A stretch of 32,000 nucleotides of DNA from Pseudothioglobus sp. nBUS_23. Its GTDB lineage: Bacteria > Pseudomonadota > Gammaproteobacteria > PS1 > Pseudothioglobaceae. How positions within the stretch are numbered: the stretch's first letter is position 1; every line of letters begins with the position of its first letter. Made by a program: the position numbers and the translations under genes. The stretch lies in contig NZ_CP179200.1 of the NCBI RefSeq assembly GCF_051201565.1, positions 1,560,001 to 1,592,000 of the forward strand. Direction: 5' to 3'. The notes beneath the pieces were generated by a model. That model was not told the origin of the DNA and searched no databases. It was given only the letters and a program-made list of their open reading frames with translations. Shown one piece after another: positions 1-9,697 of this stretch.

Positions 1-284
1 TATGCGCAGGTTGATGGCAGCCAATTAAACTTTTCTTCCCAATTCGGGGTAATACTCAAACAGTCAGGGACATATTTTTGTCGATCATCATAATGAGGAC
101 AAGAACAAGTTTCCTCATCAAGATATTGACACGCAACATCTGTAAAGTAGATATCGCCTGAGGTATCATCTTCAAACTTGTGTAGACAACACCGGCCGCA
201 ACCGTCGCAGAGTGACTCCCACTCTCGCTCACTCATCTCCTCTAAAGATTTACGCTCCCAAAAAGGTCTATTTGATGCATCCAA
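1..284 (-). CDS. ycgN: UPF0260/YcgN-family Cys-rich protein; N-terminus is in the window and the C-terminus runs off the left edge
   Basis: Hand translation of the minus strand from TTG at 284 gives LDASNRPFWERKSLEEMSEREWESLCDGCGRCCLHKFEDDTSGDIYFTDVACQYLDEETCSCPHYDDRQKYVPDCL...WLPSTCAY. This matches the PFW.K.L.EMS..EWESLCDGCG.CCLHK core of E. coli YcgN as I recall it. An in-frame TAA lies two codons upstream of the TTG, so TTG is the only start that keeps the conserved PFW segment. The ORF is absent from the track because it is cut by the window edge. Confidence 0.8.
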   Translation of the reverse strand, partial: MDASNRPFWERKSLEEMSEREWESLCDGCGRCCLHKFEDDTSGDIYFTDVACQYLDEETCSCPHYDDRQKYVPDCLSITPNWEEKFNWLPSTCA

Positions 285-324
285 AGTATTTTAAGGCTTT
301 AAATTAAGCAAGGTTTGACTTCAA

Positions 325-1212
325 TTATAAACTCAAAGAGGCGAAGAGTCTGTCAATCCCGATTGCAACACCTGAGCAAGCAGGGAGCCCATCTTTTAAG
401 TCATCTAAAAAATCTTCATCTAAAAAATCGGTAAATTTTGAAAGGCTTTTTCTTTTATTAATCTCTGTTTGAAACCTATCACGATACTCATTTGAGGTCT
501 GAATTTCTTGGTAACCATTCGCGATTTCAGTGCCATTTATGTACATTTCAAAACGATGTGCAACAGGCCCATCTATTTGCGCCAGTGCAGCCTGCTGCCA
601 TGGAAAATCATAGATAAAGCATACCGGAATACTTTTCAGTTTTGGCTCAACAAGATGAACAAAAAGAACCATCTGCATATCTTCTATCCATTCATAATCT
701 GAGCTAAGGTCATGGGATTCTAAAATAATTTTTAGAGCTTCAAAATCAGAATTTAATATATCTATCCCTGCAAAATCAAAGAATGCTTGAGCATAAGACA
801 TCTTTTCAGCTTTGCCATCCTTACCGAGCGCAATCAATAATTCTTTGAGCTCCTCTATTAATTGCTGCATATCAAAACCCACTCTATAAAACTCTAGCAT
901 TGTAAATTCATTAGAGTTAATTCTTCCAAACTCATTATCACGAAAGACCTGGCAAATTTGAAAAATATCACCGCTACCTTTAGAGAGTAGGCGCTTCATT
1001 TCTAATTCCGGTGAGGTGTGCAAATAGAATTTTGAGGATTTTGATAGAGCCTGATTGACTGAAACTTCAATACTATCGATATATACGTCAGTTGTTGGAG
1101 TGGTTAAAAGAGAAGGAGTGACAACTTCAACAACATTGCGCGAATAAAAAAAACTCCTAATATTTCTTATTAGGTTTTGATGATTTAAAAGTTTTTCTTT
1201 TAAATTAGACAT
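325..1212 (-). CDS. epmA: EF-P--(R)-beta-lysine ligase (PoxA/GenX), a truncated class II LysRS paralogue
   Basis: 295-aa ORF with a class II aaRS catalytic core and no anticodon-binding domain (motif-2-like QVFRDNEFGRINSNEFTMLEFY; C-terminal GVAIGIDRL). It starts 11 nt downstream of efp on the same strand. Confidence 0.85.
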   Translation of the reverse strand: MSNLKEKLLNHQNLIRNIRSFFYSRNVVEVVTPSLLTTPTTDVYIDSIEVSVNQALSKSSKFYLHTSPELEMKRLLSKGSGDIFQICQVFRDNEFGRINSNEFTMLEFYRVGFDMQQLIEELKELLIALGKDGKAEKMSYAQAFFDFAGIDILNSDFEALKIILESHDLSSDYEWIEDMQMVLFVHLVEPKLKSIPVCFIYDFPWQQAALAQIDGPVAHRFEMYINGTEIANGYQEIQTSNEYRDRFQTEINKRKSLSKFTDFLDEDFLDDLKDGLPACSGVAIGIDRLFASLSL

Positions 1213-1223
1213 TTAGGCAGTAA

Positions 1224-1784
1224 TTAGGCACGCCCAGTATATTCATTCGTCCTTGTATCAACTTTAACTTTATCACCAATAGCAACAAACAAAGGCACTT
1301 GAACTACGACTCCAGTATTGAGCGTAGCAGGCTTTCCTCCTGTTCCCGCAGTGTCACCTTTTAGACCAGGGTCTGTATCAATCACCTCAAGAGTTACATG
1401 ATTAGGTGGAGAAACAGAAATAGGGTTATTGTTCCACAAGGTTACTATGCAGTTATCTTGCTCAACGAGATAGTTTAATGCTGTTCCCATGGATTCTTTT
1501 CCAACATCAAATTGCTCAAAGGATTCCGGATCCATGAAGTACCATTTTTCTCCATCAGAATAAAGATATTGCATCTCCAATTCCATGACATCTGCAGCTT
1601 CAAGAGATTCACCAGATTTAAAAGTTTTTTCTAGGGTCTTTCCAGTTATTAGATCTTTAAACTTAACTCTATTAAATGCCTGTCCTTTTCCAGGTTTAAC
1701 AATTTCATTATTGACAATAGAGCATGGATTTCCATCAAGCATTAATTTCAAACCATTTTTAAACTGACTGGTACTGTAATTCAT
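1224..1784 (-). CDS. efp: Translation elongation factor P
   Basis: 186 aa with full-length EF-P pattern ([18 protein letters not shown]...). The loop VKPGKGQAF carries the modifiable Lys typical of EpmA-type EF-P. Confidence 0.95.
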   Translation of the reverse strand: MNYSTSQFKNGLKLMLDGNPCSIVNNEIVKPGKGQAFNRVKFKDLITGKTLEKTFKSGESLEAADVMELEMQYLYSDGEKWYFMDPESFEQFDVGKESMGTALNYLVEQDNCIVTLWNNNPISVSPPNHVTLEVIDTDPGLKGDTAGTGGKPATLNTGVVVQVPLFVAIGDKVKVDTRTNEYTGRA

Positions 1785-1959
1785 AATGTATTAATCCTAA
1801 AATTTATTTATGACATGAATTTAATCATGAATTGGTATTTTAATAAGATAGTTCAAATAAATTTCATAATTTAAAGAAACAACCCAATAAAATCAAGATT
1901 TCAATCTAAGAATGATAAAATGTGTGACCTTATATTTTAACCCGAAGTAATTTAATTAT

Positions 1960-3120
1960 ATGCACATACATGAATACCAGGCGAAAGACTTATTTAAGAA
2001 TAATAATATCAAAGTTCCAAACTTTGTTGTTGTGTCTAGCGCTAAAAAAACAGCTCAGGCTTGTGAAAAACTAGGAGGATTAGTTTGGGTTGTCAAAGCT
2101 CAAGTTCATGCAGGAGGAAGAGGTAAAGGTGGCGGCGTCATAGTTTGTAAAGAGATAAAAGACGCTGTAAATGCCAGTAAGAAATTACTCGGTTCAAAAT
2201 TAATCACTCCTCAAACTGATTCAAATGGTCAGCCAATCAATGAGGTTATTATTGAAGCAGGCCAAGATATTGCTAAAGAATTATATTTAGGTTTGCTTGT
2301 TGATAGGGGCTCAGAACGAATTACAGTCCTGGCCTCAACTGAAGGTGGGATGGATATTGAACAGGTCGCCTCTGAGACGCCTGAAAAAATAATCAAGAAA
2401 AAAATTGATCCACTTGGCAAAATCACTCTCGAGGATTGCATAGAGATTGCCAACAAGCTTAATTTAGATGCTTCACTTCACAGTCAATTTTCCCAAACAT
2501 TGGTGGGTTTATTTAACATTTTTACTGAGCATGATGCCAATCTCATTGAAATCAACCCACTCGTCATTACTGGTAACAACGAAATAATAGCGCTTGATGG
2601 CAAAATCGATTTTGATGATAATGCACTCTATAGAAATGAGTCAATCTTAGCACTTAGAGATATCGCGCAGGAAGATGAAAGGGAAAGAAGTGCAAGTGAA
2701 TATCAATTAAATTATATTTCTTTAGATGGAACTGTAGGCTGCATGGTTAATGGGGCAGGACTTGCTATGGCAACTATGGATTTAATTGAATACCACGGCG
2801 GCTCACCTGCGAATTTCCTTGATGTTGGTGGAGGGACAACCTCTGAGAGAGTGGCAAAAGCATTCGAAATTATTCAAAGTGGTGATAACGTTAAAGCAAT
2901 ACTAGTCAATATTTTTGGTGGTATCGTTCGTTGCGATCTCATCGCTAATGGCATCCTACAGGCAATTGAAAAAGTTGGTTTATCACTTCCAATTGTTGTG
3001 CGTCTGGAAGGCACCAATGCTAAGGAAGGGCTTGAAATACTTAATGAAAGTCAATTTGAAATTATTACTGAGGCTGACTTAACGAAAGCAGCACAACAAG
3101 TTGTGGAGATGGCCAAATGA
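1960..3120 (+). CDS. sucC: Succinyl-CoA synthetase beta subunit
   Basis: 386 aa. N-terminus [15 protein letters not shown]-grasp region, and C-terminal [10 protein letters not shown] ligase-CoA motif. ATGA overlap with sucD. Confidence 0.97.
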   Translation: MHIHEYQAKDLFKNNNIKVPNFVVVSSAKKTAQACEKLGGLVWVVKAQVHAGGRGKGGGVIVCKEIKDAVNASKKLLGSKLITPQTDSNGQPINEVIIEAGQDIAKELYLGLLVDRGSERITVLASTEGGMDIEQVASETPEKIIKKKIDPLGKITLEDCIEIANKLNLDASLHSQFSQTLVGLFNIFTEHDANLIEINPLVITGNNEIIALDGKIDFDDNALYRNESILALRDIAQEDERERSASEYQLNYISLDGTVGCMVNGAGLAMATMDLIEYHGGSPANFLDVGGGTTSERVAKAFEIIQSGDNVKAILVNIFGGIVRCDLIANGILQAIEKVGLSLPIVVRLEGTNAKEGLEILNESQFEIITEADLTKAAQQVVEMAK

Positions 3121-3983
3121 GCGTGCTAATTGATAAAAAAACAAAAGTAATTTGCCAGGGATTTACTGGAAAACAAGGTACATTTCACTCAGAACAGTCT
3201 ATTGCATATGGAACTAATTTCGTTGGAGGTGTTACTCCAGGCAAAGGGGGTCAAATTCATTTAGCAAAGCCAGTATTTAACTCTGTCAAAGAGGCTATGA
3301 ATGAAACGGGTGCTAATGCTACAATGATTTATGTTCCGCCTAGATTTGCATACACCTCTATCGTTGAGGCTATTGAAGCTGATATTCCAGTCATAGCATG
3401 TATCACTGAAGGAATACCTGTTCAAGACATGATCAAAGTTAAAGCGATCATTGCTGATAGCAACTCGAGACTCATTGGTCCTAACTGCCCGGGCTTAATT
3501 ACTCCGGACGAATGCAAACTTGGAATCATGCCAGGCAATATTCATAAAAGCGGAAGTGTCGGAATCGTTTCTAGGTCCGGAACTTTAACTTACGAGGCTG
3601 TCCACCAAACCACACTTGTAGGGCTCGGTCAAAGTACGTGTATTGGAATTGGAGGGGATCCAGTTCAGGGCATGAATTTTATTGACTGTCTGAAATTATT
3701 TGAAGCTGATGAAGACACTCACTCCATAGTCATGGTCGGTGAAATTGGAGGAAGTGCTGAAGAAGAAGCAGCAGAGTATATCAAATCAAATGTCACTAAG
3801 CCTGTTGTATCATATATTGCAGGGCTCACTGCTCCAAAAGGAAAAAGAATGGGGCATGCTGGAGCAGTAATAAGTGGCGGCTCTGGTGATGCAAAAAGCA
3901 AAATTAAAGCTCTTAATGATGCTGGTGTCAGTGTTTCACCAACACCTGCATTAATGGGTCAGACGTTACTTCAAGCCTTATAA
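3117..3983 (+). CDS. sucD: Succinyl-CoA synthetase alpha subunit
   Basis: 288 aa. [14 protein letters not shown] CoA-binding N-terminus, SRSGTLTYE, and phosphohistidine loop [11 protein letters not shown]. Confidence 0.97.
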   Translation: MSVLIDKKTKVICQGFTGKQGTFHSEQSIAYGTNFVGGVTPGKGGQIHLAKPVFNSVKEAMNETGANATMIYVPPRFAYTSIVEAIEADIPVIACITEGIPVQDMIKVKAIIADSNSRLIGPNCPGLITPDECKLGIMPGNIHKSGSVGIVSRSGTLTYEAVHQTTLVGLGQSTCIGIGGDPVQGMNFIDCLKLFEADEDTHSIVMVGEIGGSAEEEAAEYIKSNVTKPVVSYIAGLTAPKGKRMGHAGAVISGGSGDAKSKIKALNDAGVSVSPTPALMGQTLLQAL

Positions 3984-4011
3984 TTGAGTTCACTCAATCA
4001 TTTAAAGCTGG

Positions 4012-5160
4012 ATGAAAATTTTTAAAAATAGCCGGTTTGCAGTTTCATTAATTTTCGCTATCAATGGTATGGTATTTGGTACTTGGGCCTCCAGAATTCC
4101 AGCCATTGTCGACTTTCATGATTTATCACCCGGCTCCTTAGGTTTATTAATTTTCTTGGCTGGACTTTCTGCAGTCATTGCTTTTTCTATATTTGGGAGG
4201 GCTGCAGATCGATATGGAGCTGCCTTCATTACCAAAAGAGCAACCCTGCTTCTTATCCCACTCACGTTAATATTTATCGCATACGCAAACTCAATATGGA
4301 TGTTGGTATTTGCTGTTATCTTTTTTGGAACGATCCATGGTGGCGATGATGTTGCCATGAATGCATGGGCTGCAGAGGTTGAAAGGGAATACGCTCGCCC
4401 AGTGATGTCTTCTTTTCACGCAATGTGGAGTCTTGGTGCTGGAATTGGTGCTGGGCTTGGCTCCTTATTAGCCTTTTATGAAGTAGGATTTAAAAATCAT
4501 TTTAGTCTCATCTCGACTATTATTTTTGTTTTAGCTTTGAGTGCTGCATTTGTTCCTTTTGAATCTCAAAAAAATAAAAAAGAGGCTAATTCACCTTTCA
4601 TTTCAATACCAAAAGGGTCTTTACTCCCTGTAGCAACAATTACCTTTTTTGCATCCTTGAGTGAGGGAGCTGTCGCTGACTGGAGTGCTATTTTTCTAAA
4701 AAGCGTTGCATCATTGAATGATGGGAATGCTGCTTTAGGATTTACAGTGTTCTCCGTCTGCATGTTTTCAATGAGACTATTGGGAGATAGAATATCATTT
4801 ATTCTAGGACCTGCAACTGCTGCGCGTTACTCTGGACTCGTTGCGCTTACTGGCTCAATTATATTGCTGGTCTCAGACTCTTTCTTATTATTACTTTTGG
4901 GTTTTGGACTCATTGGATTGGGAATAGCGGTAATCATTCCGTTAGCTTTTTCGCGAGCAGGTAATGACGAAACTATATCTCAAGGAACTGCTATAGCAAG
5001 CATTGCAACTCTTGGCTATGGTGGGATGCTCCTTGGTCCATTGTTTCTTGGGCTAATTGCAGAGATTACATCAATAAAGACTAGCTTTTTAATTCTACCC
5101 ATTATGGCATTCTTTATATTTATTCTATCAAAACACCTTTCAATTAAATCAGAAGTCTAA
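4012..5160 (+). CDS. MFS-type transporter, substrate unknown
   Basis: 382 aa and hydrophobic throughout, with about 11-12 predicted helices. There is an MFS-like loop GRAADRYG between helices 2 and 3. No specific subfamily recognised. Confidence 0.7.
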   Translation: MKIFKNSRFAVSLIFAINGMVFGTWASRIPAIVDFHDLSPGSLGLLIFLAGLSAVIAFSIFGRAADRYGAAFITKRATLLLIPLTLIFIAYANSIWMLVFAVIFFGTIHGGDDVAMNAWAAEVEREYARPVMSSFHAMWSLGAGIGAGLGSLLAFYEVGFKNHFSLISTIIFVLALSAAFVPFESQKNKKEANSPFISIPKGSLLPVATITFFASLSEGAVADWSAIFLKSVASLNDGNAALGFTVFSVCMFSMRLLGDRISFILGPATAARYSGLVALTGSIILLVSDSFLLLLLGFGLIGLGIAVIIPLAFSRAGNDETISQGTAIASIATLGYGGMLLGPLFLGLIAEITSIKTSFLILPIMAFFIFILSKHLSIKSEV

Positions 5161-6171
5161 TTTTTTCTCAAGCAACATAGCGTCGCCATAACTGAAGAAA
5201 CGGTACTCCTTATCAATTGCATACCGATAAGTTTGATGCATTTCTTCAAATCCAATAAAGGCAGAGACCAGCATGAGCAGTGATGACTTTGGCAAATGGA
5301 AGTTTGTTATCATCGCATCAACAGTCTGAAACCTGAATCCAGGATATATAAAGATATCTGTATCTCCTTTTTGACTTTTTAGCTCACCACCTTGAGATGC
5401 TGACTCAAGGGTTCTCACTGCTGTCGTTCCAACGGCAATTATTCGCCCACCCTTCTTTTTTGTATGAATAATTTTATCTACTGTTATTTGATCAATTTCA
5501 AATTGCTCGCTATGCATTTTATGGGTCTCAATATCATCAACTTTGACGGGCTGAAAAGTTCCAGCACCAACATGCAACGTTACAAAAGCATGATCTATAC
5601 CTTCCTTTTTAAGATTAGTTAACAACTCCTCATCAAAGTGAAGTCCTGCAGTCGGGGCAGCTACAGCCCCATCATTTTTCGCATAAACCGTTTGGTATCT
5701 TTTGGTATCTTCTTCTGAATCTCCTCTCTCAATGTAGGGTGGCAAAGGAATGTGGCCAATTTGATCCAGCGTTTTTAGAATTGTATCGCCCTCAAAATTG
5801 ACCCTATACATCCCATCATGTTTATCAACAATTTCAAGGCGAGTATTATTTTCCAGAGTAATAAAACTTCCGGGCTTTGGAGATCTGCTAGATTTAATCA
5901 TTACCAACGCAGAAATATCATCAATCAATCGCTCAACTAATACCTCAACTTTGCCTCCAGACTCTTTAAATCCAAAAAGTCTTGCCGCTATAACCTTTGT
6001 ATCATTAAGTATGAGTAAGTCGTTAGGTCTCAAGAAGGAACTGAGCTGAGAAAAATGACTATCAATGAACTTATCACTTCTTACTAATAGTCGTGATTCA
6101 GTTCTCTTGGAGCTTGGATATTGGGCAATCAGTGACTGTGGCAAGTCAAAATCAAAGTCACTTAATTGCAT
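5149..6171 (-). CDS. queA: S-adenosylmethionine:tRNA ribosyltransferase-isomerase
   Basis: 340 aa. N-terminus [19 protein letters not shown] parallels E. coli QueA. Also [12 protein letters not shown] and [12 protein letters not shown]. The start overlaps the upstream ferredoxin gene by 14 nt. Confidence 0.95.
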   Translation of the reverse strand: MQLSDFDFDLPQSLIAQYPSSKRTESRLLVRSDKFIDSHFSQLSSFLRPNDLLILNDTKVIAARLFGFKESGGKVEVLVERLIDDISALVMIKSSRSPKPGSFITLENNTRLEIVDKHDGMYRVNFEGDTILKTLDQIGHIPLPPYIERGDSEEDTKRYQTVYAKNDGAVAAPTAGLHFDEELLTNLKKEGIDHAFVTLHVGAGTFQPVKVDDIETHKMHSEQFEIDQITVDKIIHTKKKGGRIIAVGTTAVRTLESASQGGELKSQKGDTDIFIYPGFRFQTVDAMITNFHLPKSSLLMLVSAFIGFEEMHQTYRYAIDKEYRFFSYGDAMLLEKKLDF

Positions 6172-6892
6172 TACTATTCTTAGATTTTTTTATGCGCTGC
6201 ATTGCTGCTTGAATTTTTTCTTTTTGTGCCTTGTCTTTTGCCATTTTTTCTTTCAAAGCAATTGTTCTAGATTTTAATAATTCATCTCTCTCACGCTTAT
6301 CTCTTTCCAAACGGGCCTGATGAAACTGATATCTTTCTCTTGAGTTATCTCGGATTGACCTCTCTAAAATCTGCCTTTGATTAAGTGCATCATTAAATTG
6401 AGCTGAATCTTTGTAGGGAATTTTTTGAAGTGGTTTAGATTCAATCATATCTATACAATCTACTGGACAAACTGGGAGACATAAATCACAACCCGTGCAT
6501 TCTTTGGCAATTACCTGGGTCATAACTTTTGATGATCCAACAAAGGCATCTACTGGACAGGCTTTAATGCAAAGTGTGCATCCTATGCAGGCTTTTTCAT
6601 CAACAATGGCGACTCTCCTTGGCTTTGTTTCGCCATGAGTTTCATTTAATGGAAGGGATTGCCGACCTAAAAGTTCCGCTAAAGCATCGACTCCATCTTG
6701 ACCTCCAGGTGGGCATTGATTAATTTCTGCTTCACCACTAACAATTGCTTCTGAATAAGGCTTGCAACCATCAAAATCACACTGGGTGCACTGCGTTTGG
6801 GGAAGAACCGCATCTATCTGTTCAGCTAAAGACTTTCCCTCTGCTTTTGCGTCATTACCTAAGCCTAATAGTATTAGATAATTCTCATTCAT
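6158..6892 (-). CDS. RnfB-like polyferredoxin (stand-alone) with a charged C-terminal tail
   Basis: 244 aa. N-terminal Cys cluster [12 protein letters not shown]...QCPPGG is RnfB-type. Two CxxCxxCxxxCP motifs follow ([24 protein letters not shown]). The last ~85 aa are K/E/R/Q-rich ([31 protein letters not shown]...). Confidence 0.8.
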   Translation of the reverse strand: MNENYLILLGLGNDAKAEGKSLAEQIDAVLPQTQCTQCDFDGCKPYSEAIVSGEAEINQCPPGGQDGVDALAELLGRQSLPLNETHGETKPRRVAIVDEKACIGCTLCIKACPVDAFVGSSKVMTQVIAKECTGCDLCLPVCPVDCIDMIESKPLQKIPYKDSAQFNDALNQRQILERSIRDNSRERYQFHQARLERDKRERDELLKSRTIALKEKMAKDKAQKEKIQAAMQRIKKSKNSNAIK

Positions 6893-7977
6893 TAGCTTAA
6901 AAAATTTGTTTTTCTGGATAATTCTGAGAGAATTTCAGGACCATCGGATCTTAAGATTACTATCTCTTCTAGCCTAACCCCAAATCTACCTTGCAGATAA
7001 ATTCCTGGTTCAATTGAAAAGACCATCCCCTCATCTAATACAACCTCAGAAGTTGCAGTAATATATGGAGGCTCATGAATATCAATACCAAGGCCGTGGC
7101 CAGTTCGGTGCACAAAATAGTCGCCATAGCCAGCTTCGGTAATTACGCCTCTGGCCGCAGCATCAACCTCTTTAGCCATAACTCCAGGCTTCGCAGCCTT
7201 CATAGCAGCTTGAACAGCACGTTCTACAATAGCGTGAACTTCATGATACTCTTCTGGTGGCTCACCAAGGACTGACATACGAGTCATGTCACTTGGAAAA
7301 GTACCTTTTCGTCCACCAATATCAATCAACACAACGTCGCCATATTGTACTTTTCGATTCCCAGTATGATGATGCGGAAAAGCACCATTGGGACCAGAAC
7401 CTACAATGCAAAATTGAGGTTTTGCTCCTTCTGAAATGAAGTGTTTGTTGATTGCCTCACCAATTTCGAGTTCAGTTACGCCTTCTTTAATTGCTGCAAA
7501 ACCAGCCTGCATTGCTCTATCATCAATGAGGGCATTTTCTTTAAGGTTTGCATACTCGTTATCATCTTTTCGCATTCTGAGCGCACCAATCGTAGAGTTA
7601 GTAAACTCATAGGTCGGCTTTGGCAATGCATCGATAAGTATCAATGCAAAGTGAGAACGCATTGCTTCATCTATCGCAATGTGTTTTGCATTTGACGAGC
7701 CAGTAAATGAAAGGGCTTCATTTAGGGCTATATCAGGTCCATTTTCATCTTTCCAGCTAAACATTTTGATATCAGAGCGTTTCATTGCATCCTCTGCATT
7801 AACGGAAGGCATCAGGAAGGCATCATTTTCAAGTCCCATCAATAACATGCAAGGTCTTTCATCTGGAGAAGGGTTGAATCCTAATAACCATTTCATGTGA
7901 GTTCCAGGACCAAGAGCAATTAAATCAACATGGTTTTCTTTCATAAGAACACGAACAGAGTCAAGTTTGCTTTGCAT
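6892..7977 (-). CDS. M24-family metallopeptidase (Xaa-Pro dipeptidase/aminopeptidase-like)
   Basis: 361 aa. Creatinase/prolidase-type N-domain plus pita-bread domain with metal-ligand contexts [34 protein letters not shown]. Substrate cannot be assigned. Confidence 0.8.
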   Translation of the reverse strand: MQSKLDSVRVLMKENHVDLIALGPGTHMKWLLGFNPSPDERPCMLLMGLENDAFLMPSVNAEDAMKRSDIKMFSWKDENGPDIALNEALSFTGSSNAKHIAIDEAMRSHFALILIDALPKPTYEFTNSTIGALRMRKDDNEYANLKENALIDDRAMQAGFAAIKEGVTELEIGEAINKHFISEGAKPQFCIVGSGPNGAFPHHHTGNRKVQYGDVVLIDIGGRKGTFPSDMTRMSVLGEPPEEYHEVHAIVERAVQAAMKAAKPGVMAKEVDAAARGVITEAGYGDYFVHRTGHGLGIDIHEPPYITATSEVVLDEGMVFSIEPGIYLQGRFGVRLEEIVILRSDGPEILSELSRKTNFLS

Positions 7978-8155
7978 TGAATACTCCTCACTAAAATAAA
8001 TACGATAGAAATTATAAGCCTCTTAAATTTTTTTGGGGTCTAATATATTTGAGATTTTTTGGAGAGGTTGGCATATCCAACTGAATACACTTTGAGAACT
8101 ATCTAATCTAGCTCAATGAAAATTTTACGAGCGATCTTAGATTTATTCTATGAAC

Positions 8156-8926
8156 TTAGGATTCAACAAATGCTCGTTCAATGACAAAGTGCCCTGGATT
8201 AACATTTCGAGCTTCAATAAAACCTTTAGATTCTAAAATAGCTACAAAATCTTTGAGCATGCTTGGACTTCCGCACATCATAAAGCGATCATCTTCCAGG
8301 GTTGGATGGGGCTGATCTAGATCTAGGAATAACTTGCCACACTCCATTAATGTAGTCAAACGACCGTTGTTTTTATAAGGTTCGCGTGTTACAGTTGGAT
8401 AATAGATGAGTTTCTCACGAACCATTTCGCCCAAATATTCATCATTTGGAAGAATATTTTCAATGTAGTCAGAATAAGCTAACTCAGACACCTCTCGAAC
8501 GCCATGAGCCAAGATAATTTTATCAAATTGATCATAAATCTCAGGGTCCTTAATAATGCTCATAAAGGGTGCAAGGCCTGTACCGGTTGCAAGTAAATAA
8601 AGATTTTTTCCAGGAAGCATATTATCAGGAACCAAAGTACCTGTGGAGCGCTTTCCTACTAAAACTTCGTCACCGACTTGAAGGTTTTGAAGCTTTGAGG
8701 TAAGCGCACCATCCTGAACTTTAATACTAAAAAATTCAAGTTCAGGCTCATGATTAGAGCTAGTGATACTGTAAGCGCGCATTAAAGGACGCTCATCAGA
8801 TGGAAGTCCAATCATTGTGAAATGACCATTCTTAAATCGATAACCAGGATCACGAGTAGTGCGAAAGCTAAATAAGTTCTCATTCCAATGATGCACGTGC
8901 GTGACGCGCTCAGTCATTACTGACAT
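8156..8926 (-). CDS. fpr: Ferredoxin/flavodoxin--NADP+ reductase (bacterial Fpr type)
   Basis: 256 aa. FAD motif RAYSITS, NADP-binding LLATGTGLAPF, and MCGSPSM near the C-terminus. Confidence 0.9.
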   Translation of the reverse strand: MSVMTERVTHVHHWNENLFSFRTTRDPGYRFKNGHFTMIGLPSDERPLMRAYSITSSNHEPELEFFSIKVQDGALTSKLQNLQVGDEVLVGKRSTGTLVPDNMLPGKNLYLLATGTGLAPFMSIIKDPEIYDQFDKIILAHGVREVSELAYSDYIENILPNDEYLGEMVREKLIYYPTVTREPYKNNGRLTTLMECGKLFLDLDQPHPTLEDDRFMMCGSPSMLKDFVAILESKGFIEARNVNPGHFVIERAFVES

Positions 8927-9027
8927 ATAAACCCACCTTTAAAAATAATTCTAAAAAACATATTCTTTAAAAAATCGACAATATTATACCCTTAAATGAT
9001 TGACCTAAAAAAGACCGCATCTGGGCA

Positions 9028-9231
9028 TTAATTTCTACCAAATGCAAATTTATTCCAAGCCCTTTCATGAAAATAATATAGAACCATTTTGGTTAATACT
9101 TCTATTGAGCCAATTGCTGCAGCTATCTTAAAACTTCTGGTAATGACATATGAAATTAACATCGTGTCGCAAGAGGCTAGTATTCTCCAAGAAATGGATT
9201 TTCCAACTGACCTAGTTTTATTTTCATTCAT
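9028..9231 (-). CDS. DUF2061-family small membrane protein
   Basis: 67 aa. KSISWRILASCDTMLISYVITRS...IEVLTKMVLYYFHERAWNK matches the SWR...T...E..TK...Y..HER.W pattern I associate with DUF2061. It lies 25 nt downstream of the DUF934 gene. Confidence 0.6.
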   Translation of the reverse strand: MNENKTRSVGKSISWRILASCDTMLISYVITRSFKIAAAIGSIEVLTKMVLYYFHERAWNKFAFGRN

Positions 9232-9256
9232 CTCTAATGTTCTATTATTTAAAGAA

Positions 9257-9697
9257 TTAATATTGCAAGTTTAGTCCATGATTATTTGCAGCAGCTTGAT
9301 AGCACATGCTAAATCCCTTAGAGTAATCCTCTTCATTACTACCCTGGTATGAATCTAATAATTGATAGCTTGTAACACCAGACCTAATCATAAATTGCAA
9401 TTGATCAAGATGAGCATTGATGCCAATAATCTCACCACCATATTGCCATCTTTTACTCAGAAAATACGCTTGGGTATATCCTCTACCATCATCAAAATTG
9501 CTGAAATCTAAAGCTATCAATTCAATAAACTCAAGCTGGTCTTTAATCAAATAAATATCATCTTTAGGCTCTATGATTATGCCAACACCTAATCTCGAGT
9601 GCCTTTCTGGACTTTCTATCCATTCATCAAATGAAACAAGAGGAATTTGTTCATAATCTCTATTAATTAGACTTTTAGGGTTTTGAATCTCATCCAT
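9257..9697 (-). CDS. DUF934 protein (CysI-associated, function unknown)
   Basis: Contains the DFSNFDDGRGYTQAYFL motif (F.DGRGY) typical of DUF934. I moved the start from the track's 9784 to the ATG at 9697 (MDEIQNPKS...). This gives an 8-nt ATGGATGA overlap with the cysI stop instead of a 95-nt overlap. Confidence 0.75.
   Translation of the reverse strand: MDEIQNPKSLINRDYEQIPLVSFDEWIESPERHSRLGVGIIIEPKDDIYLIKDQLEFIELIALDFSNFDDGRGYTQAYFLSKRWQYGGEIIGINAHLDQLQFMIRSGVTSYQLLDSYQGSNEEDYSKGFSMCYQAAANNHGLNLQY

Noticed and set aside
7978-8155. The 178-nt spacer after fpr, examined for an sRNA, terminator or small ORF (e.g. a 22-aa MKILRAILDLFYELRIQQMLVQ frame starting in the spacer and running into the fpr 3' end)
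   Set aside because: Only short or imperfect stems are present (gttgg/ccaac, atctaa/ttagat with an unpaired interior), and none has a proper U-tract. The mini-ORF overlaps the fpr 3' end and has no Shine-Dalgarno element. Nothing here can be supported.
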